The position numbers were made by a program, and so were the translations under genes. A DNA stretch of 64,000 bases from assembly GCA_040007735.1 (NCBI GenBank), contig JBDTUL010000001.1:3933-67932 (forward strand), read 5' to 3'. The DNA is from Gammaproteobacteria bacterium. GTDB lineage: Bacteria > Pseudomonadota > Gammaproteobacteria > Steroidobacterales > Steroidobacteraceae. Each line of letters begins with the position of its first letter. Within the stretch, counting starts at the first letter, position 1. The notes under the pieces were generated by a model. It ran no database searches. It was not told the origin of the DNA and saw only the letters and a list, made by a program, of their open reading frames with translations. Shown one piece after another: positions 36,437-44,385 of the stretch.

Positions 36437-36754
36437 CTAGTCCTTCGAACCGCACGATGGCCCGCCGATGATGAGGCCCGCGATGAACGCAAAACCTGCT
36501 GCGGCTCCGACGGTCTTCCAGGTGTTTTCACGAAAGTAGCCGTCCACGGCCTCGACGCGCTGATGTAAAGCGCGCGTGATCGCCTGGTGCACGCCGTCGA
36601 TCCGCGCGCGAATCGCCGCCACTTTGCAATCGACCTGAGGATCCTGCGCCGCGCTGCCACCGGCAGGCGCCGCGGCCGCGGCTTTCGTAAGCTCATCGAT
36701 GTCGGCGAGCACGCGCGTGAGGTCTTCGAGAACCTGTCGGGAATTAATGGACAT
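36437..36754 (-). CDS. DUF883 (ElaB/YqjD/YgaM-like) membrane-anchored stress protein
   Basis: ORF trimmed to ATG 36754, which has an AAGGAGGA Shine-Dalgarno upstream. Coiled-coil region plus C-terminal anchor NTWKTVGAAAGFAFIAGLIIGG. Confidence 0.7.
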   Translation of the reverse strand: MSINSRQVLEDLTRVLADIDELTKAAAAAPAGGSAAQDPQVDCKVAAIRARIDGVHQAITRALHQRVEAVDGYFRENTWKTVGAAAGFAFIAGLIIGGPSCGSKD

Positions 36755-36811
36755 TCTGACATCCTCCTTTGAATCACTGAAACAGTGTAGGTGCATCCAA
36801 AGCACGCCCGC

Positions 36812-36851
36812 CTGAGTAGTTCCGCAGGCACACTCGGGAGAATCGCGTAGT
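36812..36851 (+). promoter_or_regulatory. degenerate island box (CTGAGTAGTTCCGCAGGCAC...ATCGCGTAGTC)
   Basis: 58-97 nt upstream of the DUF883 start, but in inverted orientation relative to that gene. Shares the CT(A/G)AGTAGTTCC core. Confidence 0.3.
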
Positions 36852-38227
36852 CAGTTCCGCGGCTCGTCGGTCGAAAGATCGTAGACGTCGCGATGCTCGG
36901 GAACCGTGACGTTCCACCCGAGCCCGTGCTCGATGCGAAACCGCAGCGCATCGCTTGCCGACGGCTCGCCGTGAGTGACGAACGTATGACGGGGCGCGCG
37001 CCCGAGTTGTTTCATCCAGGCGATCAACTCGTCGGCATCGGCGTGCGACGACGAGGCCTGCAGCTGGCCGATCTCCGCCTTGACGGCAAAGTCCTGCGAA
37101 TGGATGCGGATCGACGCCGCCCCCCGCACCAGCGCACCGCCTCGGGTACCGGGCGACTGATAGCCGCCGAACAGGATGAGATTCCGCGCATCCCCGAGAA
37201 ACGCCTTGAGATGGTGGACGACGCGCCCGCCCGTGGCCATGCCGCTTGCGGAGATGATGATGGCGGGACCTGTGAGCCGATCGAGCTCCTTTGAGCCTTC
37301 CGACGTGGTCACGATCTGCGCCGCCCCCGACATGGATCGGCAATCCGCTTCGCTGAGCCGGTGCTCGGATCGGAAGCGCTCATAGAGTGCCGTGGCATCA
37401 ATGGCCATGGGACTATCGATATAGACGGGAACATCGGGCAGAGATCCCTTCTGCTTGAGGCGGGCAACGAGAAGAAGCAACGCCTGGGTGCGGCCGACAG
37501 CAAAAGCAGGAACCACAACGGTGCCGCCTCGCGCGATGGCCTTCGACAGCCAGCCATTCAGCTCCGCCTCCGCATCGATCGCGGGATGGAGCCGATCGCC
37601 ATAGGTCGACTCCGTGACCAGGTATTCAGTTTGTGCAGGAACCGCTGGCGCGTTCATCACGGGCTCATTCGGACGACCCAGGTCGCCGGTGAAAGTAACG
37701 GAAAGCCCTTCTGCCTCGAGCCGTACGAAACTCGCGCCGAGCAAATGTCCGGCGGGTCGCAGCTCGAAACGGAATACGCCTGCGATCATCCGTGGCTTGT
37801 CGAAATCCACCGGACGGAACAGCTTCAGGCACGCTTCGACGTCATCGAGCGTGTACAACGGCAGCGCCGGCTTGTGCTTGGAGAAGCCGTGCCGATTCGC
37901 GTATCGCGCCTCTTCTTCCTGAAGATGAGCGCTATCGGGCAACAGGATCCGGCACAACTCGAAAGTACCAGCCGAACAGTAGATCGGTCCATGGAATCCA
38001 CGGCGTACCAATGCCGGCAGGTAGCCGCTGTGATCGATGTGTGCGTGTGTGAGCACCACAGCGCCGACTGCGGCCGGATTGAATGACGGCGCAGCCCAGT
38101 TCCTCAACCGGAGCTGCTTGTATCCCTGAAACAGCCCGCAATCGATGAGCACACTCTGCCCCGCTGCCTGCAGCAGATAACGAGAACCTGTGACCGTACC
38201 CGCCGCACCGAGGAACTGCAGTTGCAT
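36851..38227 (-). CDS. MBL-fold metallo-hydrolase of the beta-CASP (RNase J/CPSF-like) type
   Basis: ORF trimmed to ATG 38227 (MQLQFLGAAGTVTGSRYLL...). HxHxDH motif (THAHIDHSGYLP). C-terminal beta-CASP-like region (HADADEL...THGE). Confidence 0.8.
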   Translation of the reverse strand: MQLQFLGAAGTVTGSRYLLQAAGQSVLIDCGLFQGYKQLRLRNWAAPSFNPAAVGAVVLTHAHIDHSGYLPALVRRGFHGPIYCSAGTFELCRILLPDSAHLQEEEARYANRHGFSKHKPALPLYTLDDVEACLKLFRPVDFDKPRMIAGVFRFELRPAGHLLGASFVRLEAEGLSVTFTGDLGRPNEPVMNAPAVPAQTEYLVTESTYGDRLHPAIDAEAELNGWLSKAIARGGTVVVPAFAVGRTQALLLLVARLKQKGSLPDVPVYIDSPMAIDATALYERFRSEHRLSEADCRSMSGAAQIVTTSEGSKELDRLTGPAIIISASGMATGGRVVHHLKAFLGDARNLILFGGYQSPGTRGGALVRGAASIRIHSQDFAVKAEIGQLQASSSHADADELIAWMKQLGRAPRHTFVTHGEPSASDALRFRIEHGLGWNVTVPEHRDVYDLSTDEPRN

Positions 38228-38306
38228 AGCCGCCCTCTGATTGTTCTGGACTGGTGCATTTGAGGAAACATCACCCCGGTGTGTCATTCGGGGGATTGCC
38301 TGCCGA

Positions 38307-38333
38307 CTAAGTAGTACTCGCGTGCCCCTACGG
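38307..38333 (+). promoter_or_regulatory. island box, long form CTAAGTAGTACTCGCGTGCCCCTACGG
   Basis: 95 nt upstream of the ATPase remnant start at 38428. Same 27-nt frame (CTAAG at 1-5, CTACGG at 22-27) as 44276..44302 and 42430..42456. Confidence 0.5.
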
Positions 38334-38427
38334 TTCCGCGCGAATGGGCGTCGTCGATCGCCGAAGAGATGATAGGGCATGCTACCTGTGAGTGTGACCG
38401 GCACGTCCGCAGCTTCTGCAACGGCTC

Positions 38428-38938
38428 GTGACGACACCGGACGGGCTCACCACCGAAGAGGCGGAGCGGCGTCTGCTGGCGCGCGGATTGAACCTCACTC
38501 ATTCGCCGGCCGCAACGCTGGAACATCAGACTCGTGCGCACCTTCATGCTGCTGGTCGGGCCAGTCAGCTCGCTTTACGATTTCCTCACGTTCTACGTGC
38601 TGCTGCACGTATTCCACTTCGACGAGGGCCTGTTCCAGACAGGCTGGTTTCTCGAATCTCTGGCGACGCAGACACTGGTGCTGTTCGTCATTCGTACGGT
38701 CGCCCGGCCTTGGAAAGACCGGCCGAGCGTTCCGCTGACGGTCACCACGCTGCTGGTCGTTCTTGTGGGCGGGATACTCCCGTACTCACCGCTTGCGCCG
38801 CCACTCGGGCTGCATCCGTTGCCAGCGGCGTACTTTCTGCTTCTCGCGGTAGTCACGGTCACTTACCTCGCGCTCGTCGAGCTCGTGAAGGGGCACGTGA
38901 TGAAAGGAATTCTCGCCTCCGGCGATAGAATTGCATAG
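38428..38938 (+). pseudogene. MgtA-type P-type ATPase with a large internal deletion (N-terminal ~30 aa joined out of frame to the last ~135 aa)
   Basis: The frame starting at 38428 reads MTTPDGLTTEEAERRLLARGLN, a P-type ATPase N-terminal motif. The frame 38534..38938 reads RTFMLLVGPVSSLYDFLTFYVL...GWFLESLATQTLVLFVIRT...LVKG, the MgtA C-terminal TM helices. DKTGT and the rest are absent. Confidence 0.6.
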
Positions 38939-38963
38939 TCGGGCCGAAGAGCGAGTTCAAACG

Positions 38964-38991
38964 CTTACGTAGTTTCACTGAGACTCTACGA
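38964..38991 (+). promoter_or_regulatory. island box, long-form variant CTTACGTAGTTTCACTGAGACTCTACGA
   Basis: 75 nt upstream of the CBS gene ATG 39066. Has AGTTTC(C)AC and CTACG cores at the same spacing as the other long forms. Confidence 0.5.
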
Positions 38992-39065
38992 AAGCCCGCG
39001 CATGGCGGATCAACCCCCCCGGCTATCAACATACTCGTGCGAATCGACCACTACAGGAGAGCACG

Positions 39066-39521
39066 ATGAACGTCGGACACCTTCGCCAGCACCACGTTGT
39101 AACGTGTCAGCCGGCCGACAATCTGGTTACCGCCGCAAGGCTGATGCGGGAGAAGCATGTCGGCTTCCTGGTGGTAGTAGAAGTCGATGCGCAGGATGGA
39201 GACCTTACGCCCATCGGGGTCATTACCGACCGGGACATCGTCATCTCGGTCGTTGCCGAGGACGTAAGTCCGCACTCGCTGACTGTCGGTGACGTGATGA
39301 CCCGCAAACCTGTGGTCGCGTTGTCAGAGGACCCACTTAGCGACTCCGTTCAACAAATGCGGCTGAAGGGTGTCAGACGTCTCCCCGTCGTAGGCACGCG
39401 CGGGCATCTCGTGGGTGTGATCTCGCTGGACGACGTGCTGACGAGGATGGCAGCGGATTTCGGAGGTGCAGCCGGCGCAATCTCCAAAGGTCGCGCATTG
39501 GAAACCGAGATTCGTCCGTAG
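39066..39521 (+). CDS. CBS domain-containing protein
   Basis: 151 aa with two CBS repeats (VVTCQPADNLVTAARLMREKHVGFLVVV ... VQQMRLKGVRRLPVVGTRGHLVGVISLDDV). Confidence 0.8.
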   Translation: MNVGHLRQHHVVTCQPADNLVTAARLMREKHVGFLVVVEVDAQDGDLTPIGVITDRDIVISVVAEDVSPHSLTVGDVMTRKPVVALSEDPLSDSVQQMRLKGVRRLPVVGTRGHLVGVISLDDVLTRMAADFGGAAGAISKGRALETEIRP

Positions 39522-39542
39522 CGCAATGACGTTGGAGCGGTC

Positions 39543-39923
39543 ATGGAACATCGCTGGGGTCGTCGTATAGAGGCTGACGTTGCCGTTCGCTTGGTAGCGT
39601 CTCCGGGTGCAATCGGCTGGGGCCGGCTGAGGAATGTGAGTATCAGCGGTGCATTCGTGGAGACCCGCCTGAGATTGCCCATGCTGGCGGTCGTCGATGT
39701 TGAGCCCCAGCACGGCCCGTCTGCAAATCGAAAGATTCAAAGGCTGCGCGCATGTGTCGTGCGACATAGCAGCGCGGGTATGGGGCTCGAATGGGAAGAA
39801 CTGTCCGGGCGCGCCCTCGAGGCCGTTCTCGGTCATAGCGCCGCCTCAGCAGCCGCGCCGCCTCCGAAGGGACACGATGAACTCGATCAACCCGACCGCT
39901 ACGTAATCTCCCTGAGTCGTTAG
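39543..39923 (+). CDS. PilZ domain-containing protein
   Basis: N-terminal RxxxR (HRWGRRIE) and D/NxSxxG (NVSISGAF) motifs characteristic of c-di-GMP-binding PilZ domains. Confidence 0.65.
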   Translation: MEHRWGRRIEADVAVRLVASPGAIGWGRLRNVSISGAFVETRLRLPMLAVVDVEPQHGPSANRKIQRLRACVVRHSSAGMGLEWEELSGRALEAVLGHSAASAAAPPPKGHDELDQPDRYVISLSR

Positions 39924-39936
39924 GCATCGCTACGAA
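39912..39936 (+). promoter_or_regulatory. degenerate island box (CTGAGTCGTTAGGCATCGCTACGAA)
   Basis: 77 nt upstream of USP ATG 40013, overlapping the PilZ stop. Shares the CTGAGT and TCGCTACG cores, but the spacing is 3 nt shorter. Confidence 0.3.
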
Positions 39937-40012
39937 TCGCGCTCGCCGACTACGTGACGCGAAGATGTAGCGCTCCGCTCAGATCCGGACAACGCCAACT
40001 GGAGAGCCGATT

Positions 40013-40999
40013 ATGCGAACCGTGCGCCGAATACTGGTGGCCGTGAAGGAACCTATGGCAAAACGCCTCCCGGCGGTCGAAAAGGCGACGCAGCTCGCTC
40101 GGTCGCTAGGTGCGGACGTCGAGCTGTTCCACTCGATCTCCGGGCCCATCTTTTTGGGCGCCGACAGTTTCGACGGTGGCAGCCTCGCAGAAGTCCAGAA
40201 CGCGCGTCGCGTCCAGGTCAAAAGCCGTCTCGAAGCGATTGCCAGCAAGATTCGCAAGCAGGGGATCAGTGTTAGCACATGCGCGGACTGGGACTTCCCC
40301 GCCGGCGAGGCGATTGTCCGGCGCGCGGCTCGCACTCGGTCCGATCTGATCGTGGCGGACTGTCACGCGGGCAAGCATCACGGTTCCTGGCTCCTGAGGC
40401 TGACCGACTGGGAGCTTCTGAGACATAGCTCTGTGCCGGTGCTGCTCGTGAAGAGCGCTCGCCCGTATCGGAATCCGGTCGTGCTCGCCGCGGTGGACCC
40501 GGGGCACGCGTTCGCTAAGCCCGCAAAGCTCGACGATGAGATTCTGAGTGCCGCCGCATTAGTGAAGAGGACGCTGCGAGGAACCCTACACGCCGTACAC
40601 GCCTATGTACCAGTGCCAAACGATGCGAAGCCTTCCGAGTTGCTCGATCCCGACGCGACCAGGACTCTGGATGCCCGCGCTCGCACGCACGCCCGCCAAC
40701 GGCTTCAGCCGCTGCTCAAGAAGGTTACGGTGCCGCCTGGCCAACGGCACCTCGTAGGCCAGCATCCTATCAACGCGATCCCCGATCTGGCGCGCGAAAT
40801 CGGCTGCGCCATATTGGTTATGGGTGCAATTTCACGTTCCGGACTAAAGCGCCTTTTTATCGGCAACACGGCGGAACGGATACTCGATGAGGTAGGGTGT
40901 GACGTGCTTGTGGTGAAGGCGCCGGGCTTTGCAAGTCGAATTCCCTATGCCGAACGCGGGACACGAGTGGTTATGTCGCCAATGCCGCGTCGGCCCTGA
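40013..40999 (+). CDS. tandem universal stress protein, family 2
   Basis: 328 aa. MRTVRRILVAVKE...ELFHSI...WDFPAGEAIVRRA...LTDWELLRHSSVPVLLVK...LVMGAISRSGLKRLFIGNTAERIL...DVLVVKAP. Confidence 0.85.
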   Translation: MRTVRRILVAVKEPMAKRLPAVEKATQLARSLGADVELFHSISGPIFLGADSFDGGSLAEVQNARRVQVKSRLEAIASKIRKQGISVSTCADWDFPAGEAIVRRAARTRSDLIVADCHAGKHHGSWLLRLTDWELLRHSSVPVLLVKSARPYRNPVVLAAVDPGHAFAKPAKLDDEILSAAALVKRTLRGTLHAVHAYVPVPNDAKPSELLDPDATRTLDARARTHARQRLQPLLKKVTVPPGQRHLVGQHPINAIPDLAREIGCAILVMGAISRSGLKRLFIGNTAERILDEVGCDVLVVKAPGFASRIPYAERGTRVVMSPMPRRP

Positions 41000-41470
41000 C
41001 TATTTCATTGGCATGGGCGCGGCGCGCTTCTGACCATCCTGCTCCGTGCGCTGAATAGAGCGCAGATAGGTGACGAGACGATCCACTTTGTCGGTTGCCT
41101 GCCGATGAGCAACTTCATCGTCCGGGTCGTCGCCAAAGAATTCATAGCCCCACACGGGCATGTGTCGAGGTCCGTGCGAGCGCAGTTCTGCCTGACCGTC
41201 GATGATTCGAAATATCTCGAGGTCCGGAAACACTCCACCGCGACGTGCGGATATCAGCGTAAGGTCTGGCACCTTGACTGTCAGAAACGGTGACACCGGC
41301 CCATTGCCACGAGCGTCGGCGCCGTGGCAACCCGCGCACGAGACCTGATAGAGGTGCCCACCCGGCGCGTGCTTGCGGACGTCATCAGCACGAGTGGCCG
41401 CCCAGCGCAGCGCCATGACTGCGACGATCGCCAGAATCGTAGTGTTACGAGCCCACATGGCAGGCATCAT
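41000..41470 (-). CDS. monoheme c-type cytochrome
   Basis: 156 aa with a signal-like N-terminus and a CAGCHG heme motif. The start overlaps the stop of the upstream USP by 4 nt. Confidence 0.75.
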   Translation of the reverse strand: MMPAMWARNTTILAIVAVMALRWAATRADDVRKHAPGGHLYQVSCAGCHGADARGNGPVSPFLTVKVPDLTLISARRGGVFPDLEIFRIIDGQAELRSHGPRHMPVWGYEFFGDDPDDEVAHRQATDKVDRLVTYLRSIQRTEQDGQKRAAPMPMK

Positions 41471-42363
41471 GCCGTAACCGCGCGTGCCGGCTCAGCGACA
41501 CCGCCGGCCCAGCCTCCTGATTTCACGAGCACGAAGTCGGATTCGAGCGCATCTACCAGCCTGCTGGTAAGAGTCCCCATCAACGCGGCAAGACCCTTCC
41601 GGCGGCTCAGCGCACCCATGATCAGAACGTCATACGGTACTCGCGCGGCAAAGCCGGGCAACGTGTCTTCGGCGTCACCGTGGAGCACATGCAATCGTTC
41701 ATTACCCACGCGGAACTCGTGGACAAGGCGATTCAGAGTGCCAGTACGTGCATCGTGAGCAGCGGCGTCTCCGTTCTCAGGGTCGCTGAATACGACGTCG
41801 AGTTGTGCGTGACAGCCCTGAGCCAGTAAGCCCGCAGTGTGCAGGATCGAACGCGCAAGACCGGTTCCCTCCCGCTCGGACACATCGACGGCCGCAGCAA
41901 ACGTGGGGCGTGCGCTCCAGGGACGACCACGCGTGAGCATCAGGGGCGCAGGGCAAACTCTCACGAGCTGCCAATCGTTCGCGTCCAGCGCAAACCGCTG
42001 CAGTGGGTGATGACCCGCCGCACTCTTGATAACGAGGTCGGGCTTCGTCTCGAGCACTCGCTGTACAATCGCCTCATAGTGCGGGCTCACGGCAGATACA
42101 TGAGTCGATATTTCGACATCATCGGCCAGCGATTGCCGAAGTGCCTCGAGGTAACGCATACCTCTGGCGACACATGCCCGCAGGGCGGCCTCGACCCCGG
42201 CGTGATCATATGTGTGCCGCAGGATGAAAGCCTGCTCCGAATCGCAGAGGAACAACTCCAGTCGGGCGTTAAAATCGCGCGCCAGCACCATGGCTTTGGC
42301 CAGGACGTGCCTGGTCTCATCGGCTGGATCGATCACAACGAGAATTGAGCTCAGTTTTTCCAC
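41467..42363 (-). CDS. tandem universal stress protein (UspE-like), family 1
   Basis: ORF 41467..42612 trimmed to GTG 42363 (VEKLSSILVVIDPADETRH...). This gives 298 aa, the same length as paralog 19886..20782. Confidence 0.85.
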   Translation of the reverse strand: MEKLSSILVVIDPADETRHVLAKAMVLARDFNARLELFLCDSEQAFILRHTYDHAGVEAALRACVARGMRYLEALRQSLADDVEISTHVSAVSPHYEAIVQRVLETKPDLVIKSAAGHHPLQRFALDANDWQLVRVCPAPLMLTRGRPWSARPTFAAAVDVSEREGTGLARSILHTAGLLAQGCHAQLDVVFSDPENGDAAAHDARTGTLNRLVHEFRVGNERLHVLHGDAEDTLPGFAARVPYDVLIMGALSRRKGLAALMGTLTSRLVDALESDFVLVKSGGWAGGVAEPARAVTA

Positions 42364-42429
42364 GGTGGCGCCCTCTGTCCGTGGTAAGCATGCTCGCCCG
42401 CAGAGCCCGATCACGAAATGCGTGTGGTT

Positions 42430-42456
42430 CCGTAGCGACCTGTGGAAACTCCTTAG
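42430..42456 (-). promoter_or_regulatory. island box, long form (gene-sense CTAAGGAGTTTCCACAGGTCGCTACGG)
   Basis: 67-93 nt upstream of GTG 42363. A 22-nt run (CGTAGCGACCTGTGGAAACTCC) is identical to 20830..20851. Confidence 0.6.
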
Positions 42457-42464
42457 CGCCCCGC

Positions 42465-43603
42465 GACCGTGCACGTTCCATCGGATCCAGCGCCTGGGCG
42501 TCACTTGCCAATACGGCGGTTTCCAGAAGGCGCCGCAGAGCCGGGGAGTGCGCGATGTCTTCGCACGCCTGATTCGGCCGCCAGGACTCTTGGGCGCTCT
42601 GCATCTGTACAAGCGACATGGAATTGCGCGTCAGCGTGCCAGTCTTGTCAGTGCACAGAACCGTCGCGGATCCAAGCGTTTCGATAGCAGAGGCTCGCCT
42701 GGTGAGCACACGTGACCGCGACAGACGCCACGCCCCCATCACCATGAACACGGTCAGCACGAGCGGGAATTCCTCTGGCAGCATCGACATGCCGAGCGCG
42801 ATGCCACCGAGCAACGCATGCAACCAATCGCCGCGCAGAACGCCGTACAGCACTACGGCAAGCGCGCTCAACACGAATCCCGCTATAGCAAAGATGACAA
42901 CCAGGCGCCGCATCTGCGCCTGCAGCCGGGGCTGCTCTTGCTCGATGGCGCTCACCGCGCGCCCGATCTTCCCGATCTCGCTGCGGCCGCCCGTGGCCGT
43001 GACGGTCGCAAGACCCGTACCGCGCAGAATCAGCGTTCCGGAGAACAGATAAGGGAGATCGTCGCCACCCGGCGCGGCAGGCGCCGAACCGCCCTGGTCG
43101 GCGAGGCGCTTGCGAACCGGAACAGATTCGCCGGTGAGTAACGACTCATCTACGCGAATATCGCTGCCCTCCACGAGTATCGCGTCAGCGGCTACCCGGT
43201 CGCCCTCTGTCACCACGAGCAAGTCGCCGCGCACCACGTCTCGTCCCGCAATGCGATGTCGCTCGCCATCGCGGATGACAAGCGCACGCGGACTCGTGAG
43301 ATCCCTGAGCGCATCGAGCACTCGTTCGCTGCGACCTCGCTGGATCATCGCAATGGAAACCGACACAGTCGCGAAGGCTGCCAGCACGACTGCCTCACCC
43401 ACATCGCCGATCACCGCGTATAGAACGGCTGCGCCAATCAGAAGCGCAAACATCGGCTCGCGCATCACCTCGAGCGCGATGACGAAACCCGAATGGCGCT
43501 CGGGTGAAGGCAGATCGTTATAGCCCTCGCGAGCAAGCCGCAACTCGGCTTCACGCTGCGTCAGGCCGAGCGGCCCGCGTCCGGATGTCACGGATGCAGG
43601 CAT
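42465..43603 (-). pseudogene. cation-transporting P-type ATPase (type II-like), 3'-truncated after ~380 codons
   Basis: From ATG 43603: MPASVTSGRGPLGLTQREAELRLAREGYNDLP..., TGESVPV, CTDKTGTLT. ATPase-like sequence ends at ...DAQALDPMERA (about 42468). The ORF then reads through the USP promoter box. The N and P domains and the C-terminal TM helices are missing. Confidence 0.65.
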
Positions 43604-43607
43604 GGCA

Positions 43608-44047
43608 TCAGCGCGTGAAAGCCAGCTGCTCTTTTGGGCCGCTCCACTCCGAGCGTGCCAGGAAATCCGCGACTCCAACCAGATCGTCACGGTCGAGCCG
43701 AGCCAGCAACCGCACGTGTTCGCGCGAGAAGTTGGGTCGGCGACCATCGACTGCGTCGTACATCTGTCGCAGCACATACGCATAGTGCTGGCCGGCGAGA
43801 CGTGGGATCGCACCGGGATCGTCACCCTCGCCCTGCGGCCCGTGGCAGCTCGCGCAGCGCTGGGCATAGACGGCGGCGCCGTGCTCGACAAGCTCACCAT
43901 TGCCCACGTTACGCGGCCGCTCGCGCGCCATCCTGCTGACATACTCCGCTACTGCGCGGTTGCCTCGGAGCGTGCATCGAAGGGCAGAAGTGCGGCGGAG
44001 ACTGTGGCCACGATGACGAGTAAGGCGTGAAGTCCGGTTGATCTCAT
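43608..44047 (-). pseudogene. monoheme c-type cytochrome with signal peptide in a different frame (frameshift or sequencing error)
   Basis: ATG 44047 gives MRSTGLHALLVIVATVSAALLPFDARSEATAQ followed by a stop at 43949. The heme domain (GELVEHGAAVYAQRCASCHG...LAGQHYAYVLRQ...DLVGVADFLA) lies in another frame, 43608..~43960, without any signal peptide. Confidence 0.5.
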
Positions 44048-44275
44048 GCTGTGGCACTCAATGCGAGTTGCGCAGGTCGGTGCGGCACACGCCGCAAGCC
44101 GAAACCTGCAGCAAGAGCTCGTGCTCGTGGAGAGGCCGAATGGGCGTGTCCTCGAGCTGCAACGGTTTTCCGGGTGAATGAACGCGCATCGCGCGCATCG
44201 AACTGGGACGAATCACGTTACGCACTCCGCACGACAGCCTGACAAGGAGAATGTCAGGTTACGCGGCATGACAAA

Positions 44276-44302
44276 CTAAGTACTTCCACGGCTCGACTAC
44301 GG
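44276..44302 (+). promoter_or_regulatory. island box, long form CTAAGTACTTCCACGGCTCGACTACGG
   Basis: 84 nt upstream of BON gene ATG 44386. A weaker CAAGGAGAATGTCAGGTTACGCGG copy lies at 44242..44265. Confidence 0.5.
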
Positions 44303-44385
44303 AGCCCTCCGAATCGCATCTGCCCGTCATCAATTCGAAAATGCGACGTCGTGAAAATCGCGAACTGCATCCGAGGAGAGCGGGC

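Noticed and set aside
42317-43942. 541-aa ORF taken at face value as an intact gene
   Set aside because: The first 113 codons overlap the cytochrome c gene in another frame and have no ATPase similarity. The last ~35 codons read through the USP promoter box. Only 42465..43603 is genuine ATPase sequence, and it is truncated.
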